A stretch of 64,000 bases of DNA from NCBI RefSeq assembly GCF_000372725.1, contig NW_005202428.1, forward strand, positions 1 through 64,000, in the 5' to 3' direction. A model generated the notes under the pieces. The model saw only the letters and a program-made list of their open reading frames with translations, was not told the origin of the DNA and ran no database searches. The stretch is from Emiliania huxleyi CCMP1516. Taxonomy: Eukaryota. The position numbers were made by a program, and so were the translations under genes. Positions within the stretch are counted from its first letter, which is position 1. Every line of letters begins with the position of its first letter. This document shows, piece by piece, positions 11,778 to 24,438 of this stretch.

Positions 11778-13120
11778 CTACGCCTGGCACGATGTAGGTA
11801 CGACAGCATGCGCGCAAAGCACCAGGGCAGCGTCGAGCGTCGTATTGTCAATTTCGACTGGCTGTGCCCGAAGCGCGGAACGCACACGAGCTTGGCAGAA
11901 TTTCTGAGCACGACTTCCATCATTCATCTCGCCCAAGTGATCACATTTACTGTAGTTGGTGGTGACCCACCCAGACTGCAGCGCATGTGGCGAGCCCACG
12001 CTAGCGTGCACGTCCCACACGCGCTGGCCCATCACCTGAACGTGACGCTGCGGGCTGAAGGGCAGCACGTAGCACGAGGTGTAGTAGCCGCGGGGGAAGA
12101 TCTCGACAAGGCACGGAAGCGGTTGCTGGGTCATAAGAAAGCGGTTGTTGAGCTGTGCGCCGTGCGGCGTGACGTACGCGTATGCAGGCAGACTCCACTG
12201 CTGCGCAGTATGGCATGTGTCATTGGTGCTCACCTGATCACGGAGGAGAGGCCAGCGTACCGCGCCGCGGCTGATCAGCTGACGCGGTGGGCTGCGATCC
12301 AGCAACACGACGCGCCGCTCGCTCGCTTGCCTCTCCTCGGGAGAATCAGCGTGACCGTTCACGGCAATGCGATGGGTGGGCGCCTGGTGAATGACCTGAT
12401 CGGCTGCTCTCGCGTCGGAGCTGCCCCGTGGCGCCTCCCACCACAAACTAGACGGTGATGCCCGGCCGTAATGCGTAGAGATGTTGCGGCACTCGTGTTG
12501 CATTTTGTGCCACACCGCGCTCGTCGCTCCTGGCCACGAGAGGAACAGCTTGGAGTCGTCCCCCCACGGCGAAATGGTCCAATTGTCTAGTCGCAGCTCG
12601 GTACAGCCCGGGCAGCCACCCTTCGGTAGCGGTCTCACGCCGTGCTCGTCAAGTGCGCTCAGGAGTGCTTGGCCCATTGGACCAACGACCTTCCACGGCC
12701 AGCTCTCACCCCTATAGACGCCTAGCCGAAGCTTGTGCGCGACGAAGGCGTATTCAAGCAGCCACCATAAGCGCATCGCGTCGTGATATGGGTGGAAGTC
12801 TTGGCGCCTCGGACTTCCATTGAGCGGAAAGATCACAACACCGCCACTTCCATTGAGCCCACGGCGCACGTCGTGGGCGCATCATGTCGTATTCATGCAC
12901 TTCGTGAAGCTGGACGCAATGCAGAGAGGAGGTATGCCTGCTGCTTGGATGAGACCACGAAGGATATCGCCGGACATGTGTGTCGCGTCGTCTATGGAGG
13001 CTATGACTAGCTGGCTCGGGGGCGCGGGCGTGGCGCCCGCACTCCTCCTTCTCTTTGTGGTCCTCGTCTCTTTTCTCTTTTCTGTGCTAGGGGTGAGCAT
13101 CCCGCGTTTAACGAGCATGT
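11778..13120 (-). pseudogene. GT61-like glycosyltransferase, intronless, in-frame TGA at 12882-12884
   Basis: VTPHGAQLNN...LVEIFP resembles the GT61 HGA(Q/G)L-N / VE-FP motif. ORFs 12882..13235 and 11778..12869 are in the same frame, separated by one stop. Confidence 0.55.
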
Positions 13121-13448
13121 ATGCAGGCGACAATAGCCGGACACGGGAAGGGGGGCGGGGGGGGGAGCCGATGCCGTTGGCGCCGCTGGCGGTGGCGTAA
13201 GCCGATGCCGCGGGACTAGCCGGTGGCGTGGGCAAACCCCCTCCTCACTGAGAGTGCGACACAAAGACTCACATTCAGACAGGACACGGGAGGTTCACTG
13301 AGAGTGCGACACAAGACTCACATTCAAGCGGGAGGGGGGGGGGGGGGAGCCGATGCCGGTGGCGTTGGCGCCGATGGCGGTGGCGCAAGCCGATGCCGCT
13401 GGACTAGCCGGTGGCGTGGGCGAGCCCCCCTCTTCACTGAGAGCGCGT

Positions 13449-15478
13449 CTAGTGGTGCAGTGCCATGGCGTCGTCCACCCGCTGCAGGTTGCGGCGGGTG
13501 ATCACCTTGGTGAGGTGGCGGCGCGCGCCCAAGCACTCCTGCGTGCGTGCCTGCACCGCCGGCGAGTCGAAGTTGGCGATGGACGAGTTGGCGGCGCGGA
13601 GGTTCTGCCGCACGGCGGCCGCGAGCTCCTGAAGGTTGGCCGGCACGGCCTCGAGCTGCAGCACGGCGAGGGCGCCGTTGGTGGCCTCGTCCACCTCATC
13701 CGGCTCGCCGGCGGACTCCTGCTCGGAGCATAGAGGGAGGCTGAGAGGGCGGGGGGGGCAGGGGGGGGGAAGGGCATGCGAGTGCACACCTGTGAAGAGA
13801 TGATGGACGCGGTGGCCTCGGTTGACTGCGAGGTCTCCAGGTCGGCCGGCGCGTCCCACAGGGTGAGGAGTCCGGTGCGGTTGGCGCCGTCCTCGAGGTG
13901 TACCATGAGATGCAGCCTGTCCTCCGCCCGCGAGAGGGCGACATTGAAGATGCATCGCTCCTCGTCCGCCTCCCACGACCGCCACGGGTCGTCCTTGAGC
14001 CTGAGCCGGTCGGGCAGCGGCAGGTGGTCGGGCTGGAAGATGCATACGCGAGTCGCCTGCCGGCCCTTGTACCCGTGGATCGTGGAGACGACGAGCGTGT
14101 CCCCAGCGGCGGCGTCTTCGGTGTACACCTTCTCCAGCCACGCCGAGTACGCGGTCCGCGAGTCGAGCGCGTCGATGTCCCCCGCCGACGCCAGCTTGGA
14201 CCAAGCAGTAATCGATGCCTGCAGGGCGAGGGTGGTGTCGTGGCGCTCGTTCTGCGACGCCGGAGCGGAGCTGTCGAGGCGCAGGTTGAGCCGCGTGAGG
14301 ACGGACGACATGGGCCCCTCGAGCTCACCGAGCAGCTTGAGGACATTGTCGCGGGTGGACTTGCGGCCGACCATCTTGACGTGAATGTAGCCCTTGGAGA
14401 GCAGCACGTTGTAGATCTCGAAGACGGTGGCGGCCATGCGCGTGAGCAGGGCGGTCCTCTCCCCCGCGACGATCGGGTGGGAGTGGAAGGTGACATTCTC
14501 GCGGTACTCGCCGTCGACGTCGCGAATCTGCACGATCGTGTCGGTGGAGCCGGTGGCGGCGAGAGCCGGCTGCGTCGCCTCGATGACGCTGCGGGCGCTG
14601 CGGTAGTTGAGCATGTGGGTGTACTGCTCGCGGCCGTGCAGCATCTGCTCGAGCGTCGCCTGTGGCGAGCATGACGTGTACAGTGTCAGGAGAGGGGGGG
14701 GGGGGGGGCGTGGAAGGGGGGATGCGGGGGGAGGGTTAGGCGAGGCGGGCGCGAGGCGGGAGGGGTGACGGCAGGGCGCCTTATCGCCGCCCATCCAGTA
14801 GTACATCGACTGCGCCGGGTCACCCACCATCAAAAGGTTGGCGCGCCGGCGGACGAGTTGCAGTATGAAGAGGTAGAGGATCCGGGTCACGTCCTGCATC
14901 TCGTCGACCATCACGTGCGTCCACATGCCGAGGTCGAGGTCGAGGTAGACGACAAGGTAGACGAGATCGTGCTGGTCGACGATCGGGAAGGGCACCAGCT
15001 CCCTGGTCACCTCGTTGTAGAGGTGGGTGCAGCCGTCGACGGTGAGCTGCGTGCCGATCTGGATGGAGAGGTCGAGGCAACTCGCGGCGACTTTGAGGCC
15101 GAAGTCGATGCGCCGTGACTCGTCGCCGATCTTGCGCTCGAGCTGCAGCTTCTCCGTCTGGTTGAGCTTGCCCGTCCAGGAGGACGCGAGGACCGGCGCG
15201 AGGTTGTACTCCTCGACGAGCGCGGAGAGCGTCTCGGTGTTGTGGAACGACTCCTCCTGGGGGCAGCCGATGGCCTTCTGCCGCGCGAGGTCCATCACCT
15301 TGGCGACAAACTCGCGGTACAGCTTGGTCAGCGCCTCACCGTGCTCGAAGTTGCGGAAGTAGAAGGAGACGACGAGCCGCGTCTTCTGCTTCACCACGGA
15401 CGGCTCGAACGCGGACAGGTCCCGCGGGTCCTTCCCCGCCATGATCTTGCGGTCCTTGTGCATAGCGCGGTTCCACAT
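13449..15478 (-). CDS. UvrD/Rep-type SF1A helicase, 5'-truncated (no Walker A), with introns at about 14665-14780 and 13730-13790
   Basis: Motifs VMVDEMQD (II), VGDPAQSMY (III), NYRS (IV), VSTIHGYKGRQ (V) and EERCIFNVALSRA (VI). No A/GxxGSGKT exon found upstream. Confidence 0.85.
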
Positions 15479-15715
15479 CTGCGGCGAGGGAGCCCAGAGG
15501 CGGAGGGTGCAGTGAGAGGGGCGGCGCGGCGGCAACAGGGGCGGGGGAGGGGCGGGGGGTGGCGCACGCGCGCACGCAGTCCGTCAGTTAGTCAGTCAGA
15601 GAGACACGCCTCCGCCACCGGCTAACGCCGAAGGCATCGGCGCGCCACAGCCATCGGGAGACCAACGGCATCGGCCGCCTCTGTGACCTGACTCCTGCAA
15701 TCGAATGCGTGTGTC

Positions 15716-16846
15716 GTGTTCACAGCGCCGAGTTTGATTACATTCGGATTTCATTTTGCGTCGTTCGAAGGCAGGGCAGACCGAGCGACTCGCATGCTGC
15801 TGCTGATCCAATCCGCAGCACTCTCTCATCGCTCGCAACACCACTCCCAGTCGCCGCCGCCCCTCGTTGCTCACGACGACACGCAGGTGCCGGACATGGC
15901 AGCGCTGCCCGGTGAAGGCATGAACGTCGGCGAGCTCGCCAAGAGAGAGCGCGGAGAGGCCGATGCCGGCCGTGCCATGCGCGACTCCTTGCGCGGCTCC
16001 TTGGAGGGAGAGCACGGAGAGGCCGTTGCCGGCCGTGCCAAGCGCGGGACCTTCAAAGTGCCGATGTCGGCTACCCCGTACGGCTACACCGAGAAAGATG
16101 CGGACAAGCGCAGTTTTTACTGGAGCACCTTCTCGCCCGCAACGGGGGGTTCTCACGTCTATGCCCTGCTGGCCTTTACTTTGGTCGTGCTCGTCTTCGG
16201 CTGGGCGAGCGACATCCGCCAGCGCCTGTCCCGGCTGGAGGACGATGTCTACGGTCAGGAGGATGGTCAGGAGGATGTCGACGCAGAGACCCACACGCCC
16301 ACTGCCGATGCAGAGCCCATTGCCCAGCCGCCGGCAGTGGGCATGAGGATCTCGACGGCTGCGGTCGTCGACACACCGGAGATAGCGATACACACCGTGC
16401 AGATGTTCGAAAGCATCAAGCTTCTGCTCAATCTCGACCCGCACACCTCCCCTCTCCGCACCATCCAAGAGGCCAACAGGCGGCTCAATCTGCCCGCGGC
16501 GGGCCGATTCCGCCAGCAGGCCATCGAGGTACTGCAGTTTGTGCTTACTGCAGCCACATACTATAACGCACCCAGCCAGAGTCGCGTTGGGCGCATCTCG
16601 ACCGGCGTGCTCGTGCAGAGCATCAAGCATCTGCTCGGACTCGTCACGATCAGCGGAGGGTTTGAAGCCACTATGCGATGCGCATACGAGCGGCTCAATC
16701 TCAACATTCGCCTCCCAGAGCGCAGCACCCACTTCGCGGCGAGAGTCCGCGGGCACGCCATCGTGGTGCTGGAGAGGCTCCTGGCTGATGCAATTTCACA
16801 CACCCCACAGGGAGACCATCTCGGAGCGATGGAGATCGCAGACTGA
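15716..16846 (+). CDS. Hypothetical protein with one predicted TM helix and two internal helical repeats
   Basis: 376-aa uninterrupted ORF. Hydrophobic ALLAFTLVVLVFGW; repeated units IKLLLNL...EANRRLNL and IKHLLGL...AYERLNL. Confidence 0.55.
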   Translation: MFTAPSLITFGFHFASFEGRADRATRMLLLIQSAALSHRSQHHSQSPPPLVAHDDTQVPDMAALPGEGMNVGELAKRERGEADAGRAMRDSLRGSLEGEHGEAVAGRAKRGTFKVPMSATPYGYTEKDADKRSFYWSTFSPATGGSHVYALLAFTLVVLVFGWASDIRQRLSRLEDDVYGQEDGQEDVDAETHTPTADAEPIAQPPAVGMRISTAAVVDTPEIAIHTVQMFESIKLLLNLDPHTSPLRTIQEANRRLNLPAAGRFRQQAIEVLQFVLTAATYYNAPSQSRVGRISTGVLVQSIKHLLGLVTISGGFEATMRCAYERLNLNIRLPERSTHFAARVRGHAIVVLERLLADAISHTPQGDHLGAMEIAD

Positions 16847-17222
16847 CCACGCGCGGACTCTGCGGAGAGATGTGAGTTCCGACGCAACCTCATGTGGGGA
16901 TGGATGCTGATGGCGTGTCGAGGCGCGCAGATGTGTTTCGATGTCGCATGCTATACTGCGAGATGAGATCTACCAGCAGCAGCAGCACCACCACCACCAG
17001 CATCAACAGAGACAGGCAGTGCAGGCGCAGAGGCGCTCGCAGAGCGGCGCTCAGCGCCGCGCACGCCACGCTGCGGACCGTCGGACGAGCGCACCGTACG
17101 TCGGCGGCGAGCCGCGTCGCCAGCCGTCTCGCGAGAGAGCGGCGCCGCCGCGTGCGCGCAGCAGCCGCCGCGGCAGAGGCGAGCCGCGGCGACGTCCGCA
17201 CTAACGGATAACGGCCATTGGC

Positions 17223-17260
<38 letters not shown>

Positions 17261-17342
17261 ACTCACACATACATTTTATTTTATTTTGTTTTCGCGCCTT
17301 GTCTGTATCCGCTCGACCGCCCGCGGCGCCCCTTCATTGTCA

Positions 17343-20300
17343 ATGGCGTCTCGGCACTACAGCGCGGCCGAGATTGAGGAGAAGCGGCGCATCGCGTTGA
17401 GCCGCCGGGCGGCGCTGGTGCAGCAGCCACTGCAGCCTCAGCAGTCGCCTCACCGTCCACAGCAGCAGCAGCAGCAGCAGCAGCAACCGCCGCAGCCGCT
17501 GCTGCCTCGGCCCGCAAGCGGCCCGTTGGCTGCGGCTGGCCCTCGGCCTCCGCTGCGCCCCGCGGGGCCGCCTCCAGCGCCGCAGCAGCCATTATGGCGG
17601 CCGCGGCCACCCGGGCCGCCTCAGATGCCGCAGCAGTGTCCGACGCTGCAGCTGCTCACGCCGCCGCAGCCACAGCCAGCGCCACCGCAGCCGCCGCAGC
17701 CCCAGCCGCCACGGCCATGGCTGCCGCCGTCGCAAATGCCGCGGCAGCCGTCGCCGCAGCAAGGGCAGCGGCTGCTGCCGACACGGCAGCAGCACCCGTC
17801 GCCGTTGCGGCCGCCTCCGCCGCCGCGTCCATCGCCGCTACACGCGACGCACCCGCCCGCGCGTCCGCCGGCGCCGCAGCAGCCGCACCCGTCGCCACTG
17901 CGCCCGCCTCTGCAGCCAGCGCCGGTGCAGCCATCGGGGCAGTCTTGGGGTGCGGTGCCACTGCAGCCATCGCCGCGGAACCACGGGCAGGGTGTCGGGC
18001 AGAGCGGGCCCGGCTGGAGTGTGCCGCCGAGAGCCGGCGGGGAGGGGGGCGCGCCGCGGCCGTTCGGCGTCTTGCAGGCGGCGGGCGCCTCCCCGGCCCG
18101 CCAGCAGCCTCGGGCCAAGGTCGCAACGTCTGCGAGGCCCTCCGCCGCCACCCTGCCTGCCCTGCCCGCCGCCGCCGCCGGCGAGGGGGAGGGCAGGGAG
18201 ATTGCGGAGGAGGGCGCGGCGGCGGCGGCGGCGGCGAGCGCGGCGGCGGGCAGCGCCGGCGTGGCGGGCGGCGGCGGCGTGGCGGGCGGCGCGGCGGCGG
18301 CGGCAGGCGCGGCGGCGGCGTGCGCCGCCGGGGCGTCTGGTGCGGCGGGGTCTGCGGCTGCGGCGGCAGACGTGAGCGAGGTCGAGCTGGACGTGGACCA
18401 GGAGCTCGGCGGGCTGCCCGTCCTGCGCGCCACCTTCCCGCCGCCGCTCGCCGCGGTCGCCGCGTCGGAGGCGCTGCTGGCGGTGGCGGGGGTGCGCGTG
18501 CTGCCGGGCGTCAAGGGCGGGCCTCGCAAGCTGGTCTGCCCGATGGGGAGCTACCGCGAGCTGTCGGCGGTGCTGCTCGGGGGAGGCGGCGGCCGGCGGG
18601 TGCGGTTGCGCATGGCGGCGAGCGACGTGGGGCAGCGCGCACTCGAGTACTCTGCCCCGGAGGGCGAGGCCGCTGGCCAGGCGAGGTACGAGCGGCTGCC
18701 ATCGCCCATGCGGGAGGCGCTGCTCCCTTTCCAGCGCGAGGGGGTCCGCTTCGCCCTCTCTCACGGCGGGCGGGTGCTTTTGGCGGACGAGATGGGGTTG
18801 GGAAAGAGCGTGCAGGCGCTCAGCGTCGCCCTCTGCTACCGCGACGAGTGGCCGCTGCTCGTCGTCTGCCCAAAGTCTCTCTGTGGCAACTGGCTCGCCG
18901 AGCTGCGCCGCTGGCTCCCCCTCGTTTGCAGCGCGCCGCTCGCGCCCGCCGCCGCCTCCGCCCCAGGCGGCGAAGCTGTNNNNNNNNNNNNNNNNNNNNN
19001 NNNNNNNNNNNNNNNNNNNNNNNNNNNNNNNNNNNNNNNNNNNNNNNNNNNNNNNNNNNNNNNNNNNNNNNNNNNNNNNNNNNNNNNNNNNNNNNNNNNN
19101 NNNNNNNNNNNNNNNNNNNNNNNNNNNNNNNNNNNNNNNNNNNNNNNNNNNNNNNNNNNNNNNNNNNNNNNNNNNNNNNNNNNNNNNNNNNNNNNNNNGG
19201 GCGCGTCGGGGGGGCGGCGTCAGAGCGGTGCTGTCGGATGTCGACACGTCAGAAGAGGAGGGTGCGGCGGAGGAGGAGGAGGCGGTGGCGGTGGAGGAGG
19301 AGAGGGAGGAGGAGACGGTGGGGACGGAGGTGGCCGCCGCGTGGGCGGGCGAGGGGAAGTGGGGCGGTGAGGCAGAGGCCGCGCGGGGCGCCGGCGCAGC
19401 TGGCGCGTCCGGCTGCGGCGGCGGCGGCGGCGGTTTGGGCGGCGGCGGCGGCGGCGCGCTGCCCCCGCTGCCGCGCGTCCAGCTGGTCGAGAGCGGCAAG
19501 GATTCGCTCTCGGGCGGGTGCGGTGTGGTGGTCATCTCGTACGACCTCGCGGTCCGGCGCGCGGCGGAGCTGCGCGCGGCCGGCTTCGGCGTGGCGATCG
19601 CAGACGAGAGCCACGCGCTCAAGGAGCCCGAGTCGCAGCGCTCGAAGGCGCTGCTGCCGCTGCTGGGAGGCGTGCGCAGGCTCGTCCTCGTCTCGGGCAC
19701 GCCGTCGCCCTCCCGGCCGGCGGAGATCTTCACTCAGGCGAAGCTGCTGCGGCCCGGGATCTTCGGCCGCCGGCAGGACTTCGAGCGGCGGTACGCCGCC
19801 GCACACCAGGGGCGGTTCGGCTGGGACGCTAAGGGCGCGAGCCATGTGAAGGAGCTCCACGCCGTGCTGACGCACGCGCTGATGGTGCGACGCACAAAGG
19901 CGGAGGTGCAGTCGCAGCTGCCGCCAAAGGTGCGAGAGGTGCTGCTGATCGATGCGCCCGAGGCTGCGCGCGCGTGGGCTCGAGTCGAGGCGGAGCGAGC
20001 GGCGGGCCCGGCCAAGGAGCACTCGGCGGAGATGACGCTCGCCTACATGGAGACGGGGCGCGCGAAGGCGGCGGCGGTGGCGGACCACGTCGCGAGGCTG
20101 CTTGCCGCGCCGGGGCGGCGCAAGCTGCTGCTCTTTGGCCACCACAAGGCGGTGCTCGACTTGTGGGAGGAGCGGCTGCGCGGCGTGTGCAGCCACGTGC
20201 GGATCGACGGCGAGGTGCCGCACGAGGCGCGCGACTACCGCGTGGCGACCTTCCAAGGCGACCCGGCCGTACGGCTGGCGATCCTCTCGATCCGGGTGGC

Positions 20301-20839
20301 CTCGCATGGCTTCACGCTCACCGCGGCCAGCGTCGTGGTCTTCGGAGAGCTGGCGTGGAACGCGTCCGACCTCGCGCAGGCGGAGGACCGCGCTCACCGC
20401 ATCTCGCAGCTCGCGGAGCGCGTGCAAGTCTTCTACTGCATCGCGCGCGGCTCCGTCGATGAGGTGATGTGGCGCCTCGTCGAGAAGAAGTTGCAGGTCA
20501 CCTCGTCGCTGATGTCCGGCGGCCGCGCCGCCGGGTTCGGCTCCGGTGCCTCTGGCCCCGCCGCCGCAGGCTTGCGTGGGGCGGCGCTCTCTGGCCCCGC
20601 CGCGGCGGCGGCAGCCAGCGGCGCAAAGCCTTCGTCGCCAGACATCCGCTCCTTCCTGCGGCCAGGTCCCCCCGCAGGCCAGTCTGGCGGCGGAGGCGGC
20701 GGAGGCGGCGGCGGGGTCGGCGGTGGCGGTCGCTGCGGCGGTGGCGACGGGGGCGGCTATGGAGGCTATGGAGGCTATGGAGGCTATGGAGGCTATGGAG
20801 GCGGCGGCGATTGCGGTGGAGGCGGCGGCGGCGGCGATT

Positions 20840-20900
<61 letters not shown>

Positions 20901-21174
20901 AGGGCAGGCATCAACTCGGCCTGCGGGCGCATCTGGCATCGCCGGCCTTCCGCGTCGGCCCGATGGCCCGCTCAGCCCTGGCGACGGCTCTGGCGCGTGC
21001 CTTGCCGTGCCGTCAGCAGCGGCGGGCGAGGCTTCTGTTGCCGGGCAGGCCAGCGGGGAGGCATTGCCAAGCCGCTCTGGGCGCGGCGGAGGCGGGTTGT
21101 ATGGCGGGCCTGGCTACCCCCGGTCCGCGACGGGGAAGCGGCTCAGGCCGGAGCGGCAGGACTTGTTTGAGTGA
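17343..21174 (+). CDS. SMARCAL1: SMARCAL1/HARP-like SNF2 annealing helicase (spans the N gap)
   Basis: N-terminal [14 protein letters not shown] resembles the SMARCAL1 RPA-binding motif. Also [45 protein letters not shown] and QAEDRAHRI. Confidence 0.88.
18980..19198. other. Assembly gap (Ns)
   Basis: Run of n characters. Confidence 1.
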
Positions 21175-21974
21175 GAGGTGTGGGGATTTGCCGCAACGGC
21201 GCTAGAGATGGCGCGGCTGAACGGGTACCGCGCGTACGACGCACAGTTTGGTCAGTCGAGTGAAACGGCAGCTTCGGCCTGGGGAGCAACCCCGGGTCAC
21301 GGGCGAACACAAGTCCGCCGACCGTACGGTTGTGTACACCGCTTCATAGCTTCATAGCTTCAATGGACTCCGCTGGCATCAACCCGATGAGGCGCGAAAG
21401 CCGAAACTAAGGTGATGCTCCTACATCCCCACCGAAACGCATTGTCCATTGATACACAATTGTGGCGGTAGGGACGTCCGCCGCAATTCGGACAATGCTC
21501 TTTCCCACGCCCGCCACATGACGCCCACCGCCGGCGCCGCGTTGGGCGGCGCGCGCCGACGCCGACCATCACCACCGACCGACGGCTCGCACGGCCGTGC
21601 GGTGAGCAAAAATTTGGGTCGCTGCGCGCCTGCCGGATGCTCTGCGACGTCTGGACGCTCGCCAGAAACGCCAGGAAGCTTGCCTTCCACCCCTGGGCCC
21701 GAGGGCGAACGGCAGTGGTCGGCAGCCTCTGCGACGCTCCGATCGGCTCCTCGACCTCATCGCCTGCGACGAGCCAGCATGGCTCGTCGCTCGACGGCAG
21801 CCTGCTCAGTATGCTCTTGGCATTCTGTACAGCCTCGCCAGGCTCTCTGAGACGGCCTGCAGGGCCGGCGCGGACCGCCTCGGGCGCGATGGCCCTCCTC
21901 AGTACCTACCCCTTCGATGCCTGTCGGCTCTCCAATCGCGTCGCCGGCGGCAGGCCCGCATGGCGCGCTGCTCG

Positions 21975-22335
21975 ATGGCAGCTTGCTCAGTACGCCTTGG
22001 ACAGTGACTTCTGCCTCGCTGCTCTTACTGCAGCCGCCTCCGGGGCCGGCGCCAGCCGCCTCGCTTCGCCAGTGCTGTCTACGCCTGCGACACGCGTGTC
22101 GGTTCGCCGCCCGCGTCGCCCGCGGCGGGCCCGCATGGCGCGCCGCTCGTCGGGAGCGTTCCCAGCAGGCTGTGCAGGGCAGTCTGCCTCACTCAGGGCG
22201 CCGCCGCCGCTGCGCGGGGCCGCCACCGGCGCTGCTGCCGTGAACAATGCCGACGTGTATGTCACCATCGCCTCTCTTCGTCGCCGATCTCGCCGACGCC
22301 GCTCGCCGCTCGCCGCCGCCCTGCCTTGCCCTGCC
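21975..22335 (+). repeat. Dispersed repeat; diverged direct copy at about 32725-33080
   Basis: Shared TTACTGCAGCCGCCTCCG, CGCCAGTGCTGTC, CGCCGCCCGCGTCGCCCGCGGCGGG and CCCAGCAGGCTGTGCAGGG.AGTCTGCCTCACTCA. Confidence 0.85.
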
Positions 22336-24438
22336 CTGCCCTCGCACAAACAATGAAACAAACCAACACAGACACACACACAAACAGACACACACACTCA
22401 CAACTCCTTGCTCCCGCGCCCTCCCGCCTCACGCCCTGCGCCTCACGCCGCGCGTCCCACGCACGCCCCGTCCCCCGCGCCCCCACGCCCCTCACCTCGC
22501 GCCTCACGCCTCCCTCCCCACCCTCTCAGGCATTTCTTCTCCCTGCTGCTCGCCGACTCCTCCTCCCCCCGCACGACCGACGACTACCCGTCCTTCAGCG
22601 ACTCCTCCCTCCTCGGCGCCAACGCCCACTACCCGTTCGGCCCGGTGAGGGGCAGGAGCGGAGCCATTCCAACGGCTGGGAAAATTTCTGAACGGCCGTG
22701 CATGCGCCTGCATGCCGGACAACTAAGAAGGTCCCTCGCTCCTGCTCCTCTCTCGGAAGACGTGCGCCGGCCTGGGGGATTCGCTTGCGATCCCGCTCCA
22801 GCCAGAGGCCGCGTGAGGCGTGTGGGACGGTGCACGCTGGGGCTTGGCCCCAAGTGCACTGGCCTCGCGTCTCGAGGGGAGGGCGGCTCGTAACTGAGGT
22901 TCGCCGTCAGAGACAGTCGTCCTCGCTCCCCTCCTCGGCCATTCCAACGGCCAGGCCGCTCGCTTAAGGCTGATTGGCTAGACGAGCGGTCTACCTCCAA
23001 TGGGGCTGTCTGGGAACGCGTGGAACCTGCCCGCCTCGGTGGGAGGTGGTTTGGCGCCGACGGACCGCCCTCTCCACCACCCTCGCCCAAGGGATCTACA
23101 ATGCTGTCTCAAGGTCCGACCTGCTGCCTTCGGGTCGCAGTCTTCTGATAAACGCAGTATGGAAGATACAAAGAGACGGAGGAGCAACGAGCGCCCTGGC
23201 GTGAGCCAAACAGTCGCACGTTTCTGGCAGGTTGAGTGCTGTGTGAGCTCTGTGTCTTGATTTGCCAACAATATACCTACGAGTGCGAGCCCTGCTTCAC
23301 AGCGCGGACACAACATATTTGCGTGCGTCCGTGTCTCGCCGACGACGCATTGCTGGCGGCAATGTGACTGGACTCGCCGTGCGCGCCCAGCTAACCCTAG
23401 CCACCAGCCTGCGCCATACCCAGGTACGGTCGCACCTGTCTCTCCACCTATCATCCCAACTCCTCGGGCGACCGCGCGGCTGCGCTACTCACAGGCAGTC
23501 TCCCTGCCTCAGCTGTTACACAGGCACCACCCACCGACCAGTCTCGACGACGAGCCGCGGCAGGGCTCGCTGCGCCGCTGCACAGCTTTACGCCACAACA
23601 CAACATATCAACCAACGTAACCTCCCCCTTAGTGACCCACCCTTGCGGGCTCAGTTGCCGCATTAGGAGCCTTCGCACCGCGAGTGGGCTCAGGTGAGAT
23701 CCACGGAGAGAGAGGTTCCATACACAGCCGCACTCTACACACCTTACCCCCTCTACTCGGGCGGCATCGTGGTGAGACCCTGGGCAGTCAGAGAGGCTGA
23801 CAGTAAGTGGCGGGCTGAGAACTCGGGCCTCTCCCGACCCGCCATCGCTGCCTAAGGGAGGATCCTATCGGCCACTAGACCATGACAGATCAGAGGCGCA
23901 CACGCCCTGTCCCAGCTCCCCCACTCCTCACACTGGGTTTGCAGTGCGCGGCCTCGCCACCTCCCTACCAGGGCAAACCCCCTCTCTCCCCCTAGGTGCT
24001 GCACTTGACGTCCATAGAAGGCGCGCGGCAGAGGCGGGAGGGAGGCGGGGAGAATCTAGCTCGCTCTGGCAGGGAGGCAAGGGTGTGATAGAGTGTTTGG
24101 GTGAGAACAGGCGGAGTGTGTGTGCCTGTACGCGATTGGGAGAGCACTTGTGACAAGGCATGGTTAGGCGAGTGGCAGTCGCTAGTGCGGACTTGCTAAG
24201 TCGTGTGTGCTCCCTTTTGCTGGCTAAGACTGGAACAAATCGTCTTGTGAGTGCCGTAGACAGTCGTGGCTCCACCGTTTGGCGGGCCGCCGTCGCCAAA
24301 ACGTGTCCAGGCTCTCGTCAAAAGTGTGAGAACAACCAGGCCGAAAAAAAGAACACACGCTCGTGGCACGTGTCCATTGTCTCGGCTCATCGCGTCTCGA
24401 GCCGTGTCGGTATCTATTGCAACACATCCGTTCCGGCC

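Noticed and set aside
17594..21205. Alternative-frame and antisense long ORFs over SMARCAL1, and similar ones over the UvrD, GT31 and OPT genes
   Set aside because: They are shadow ORFs expected at very high GC and carry no motifs.
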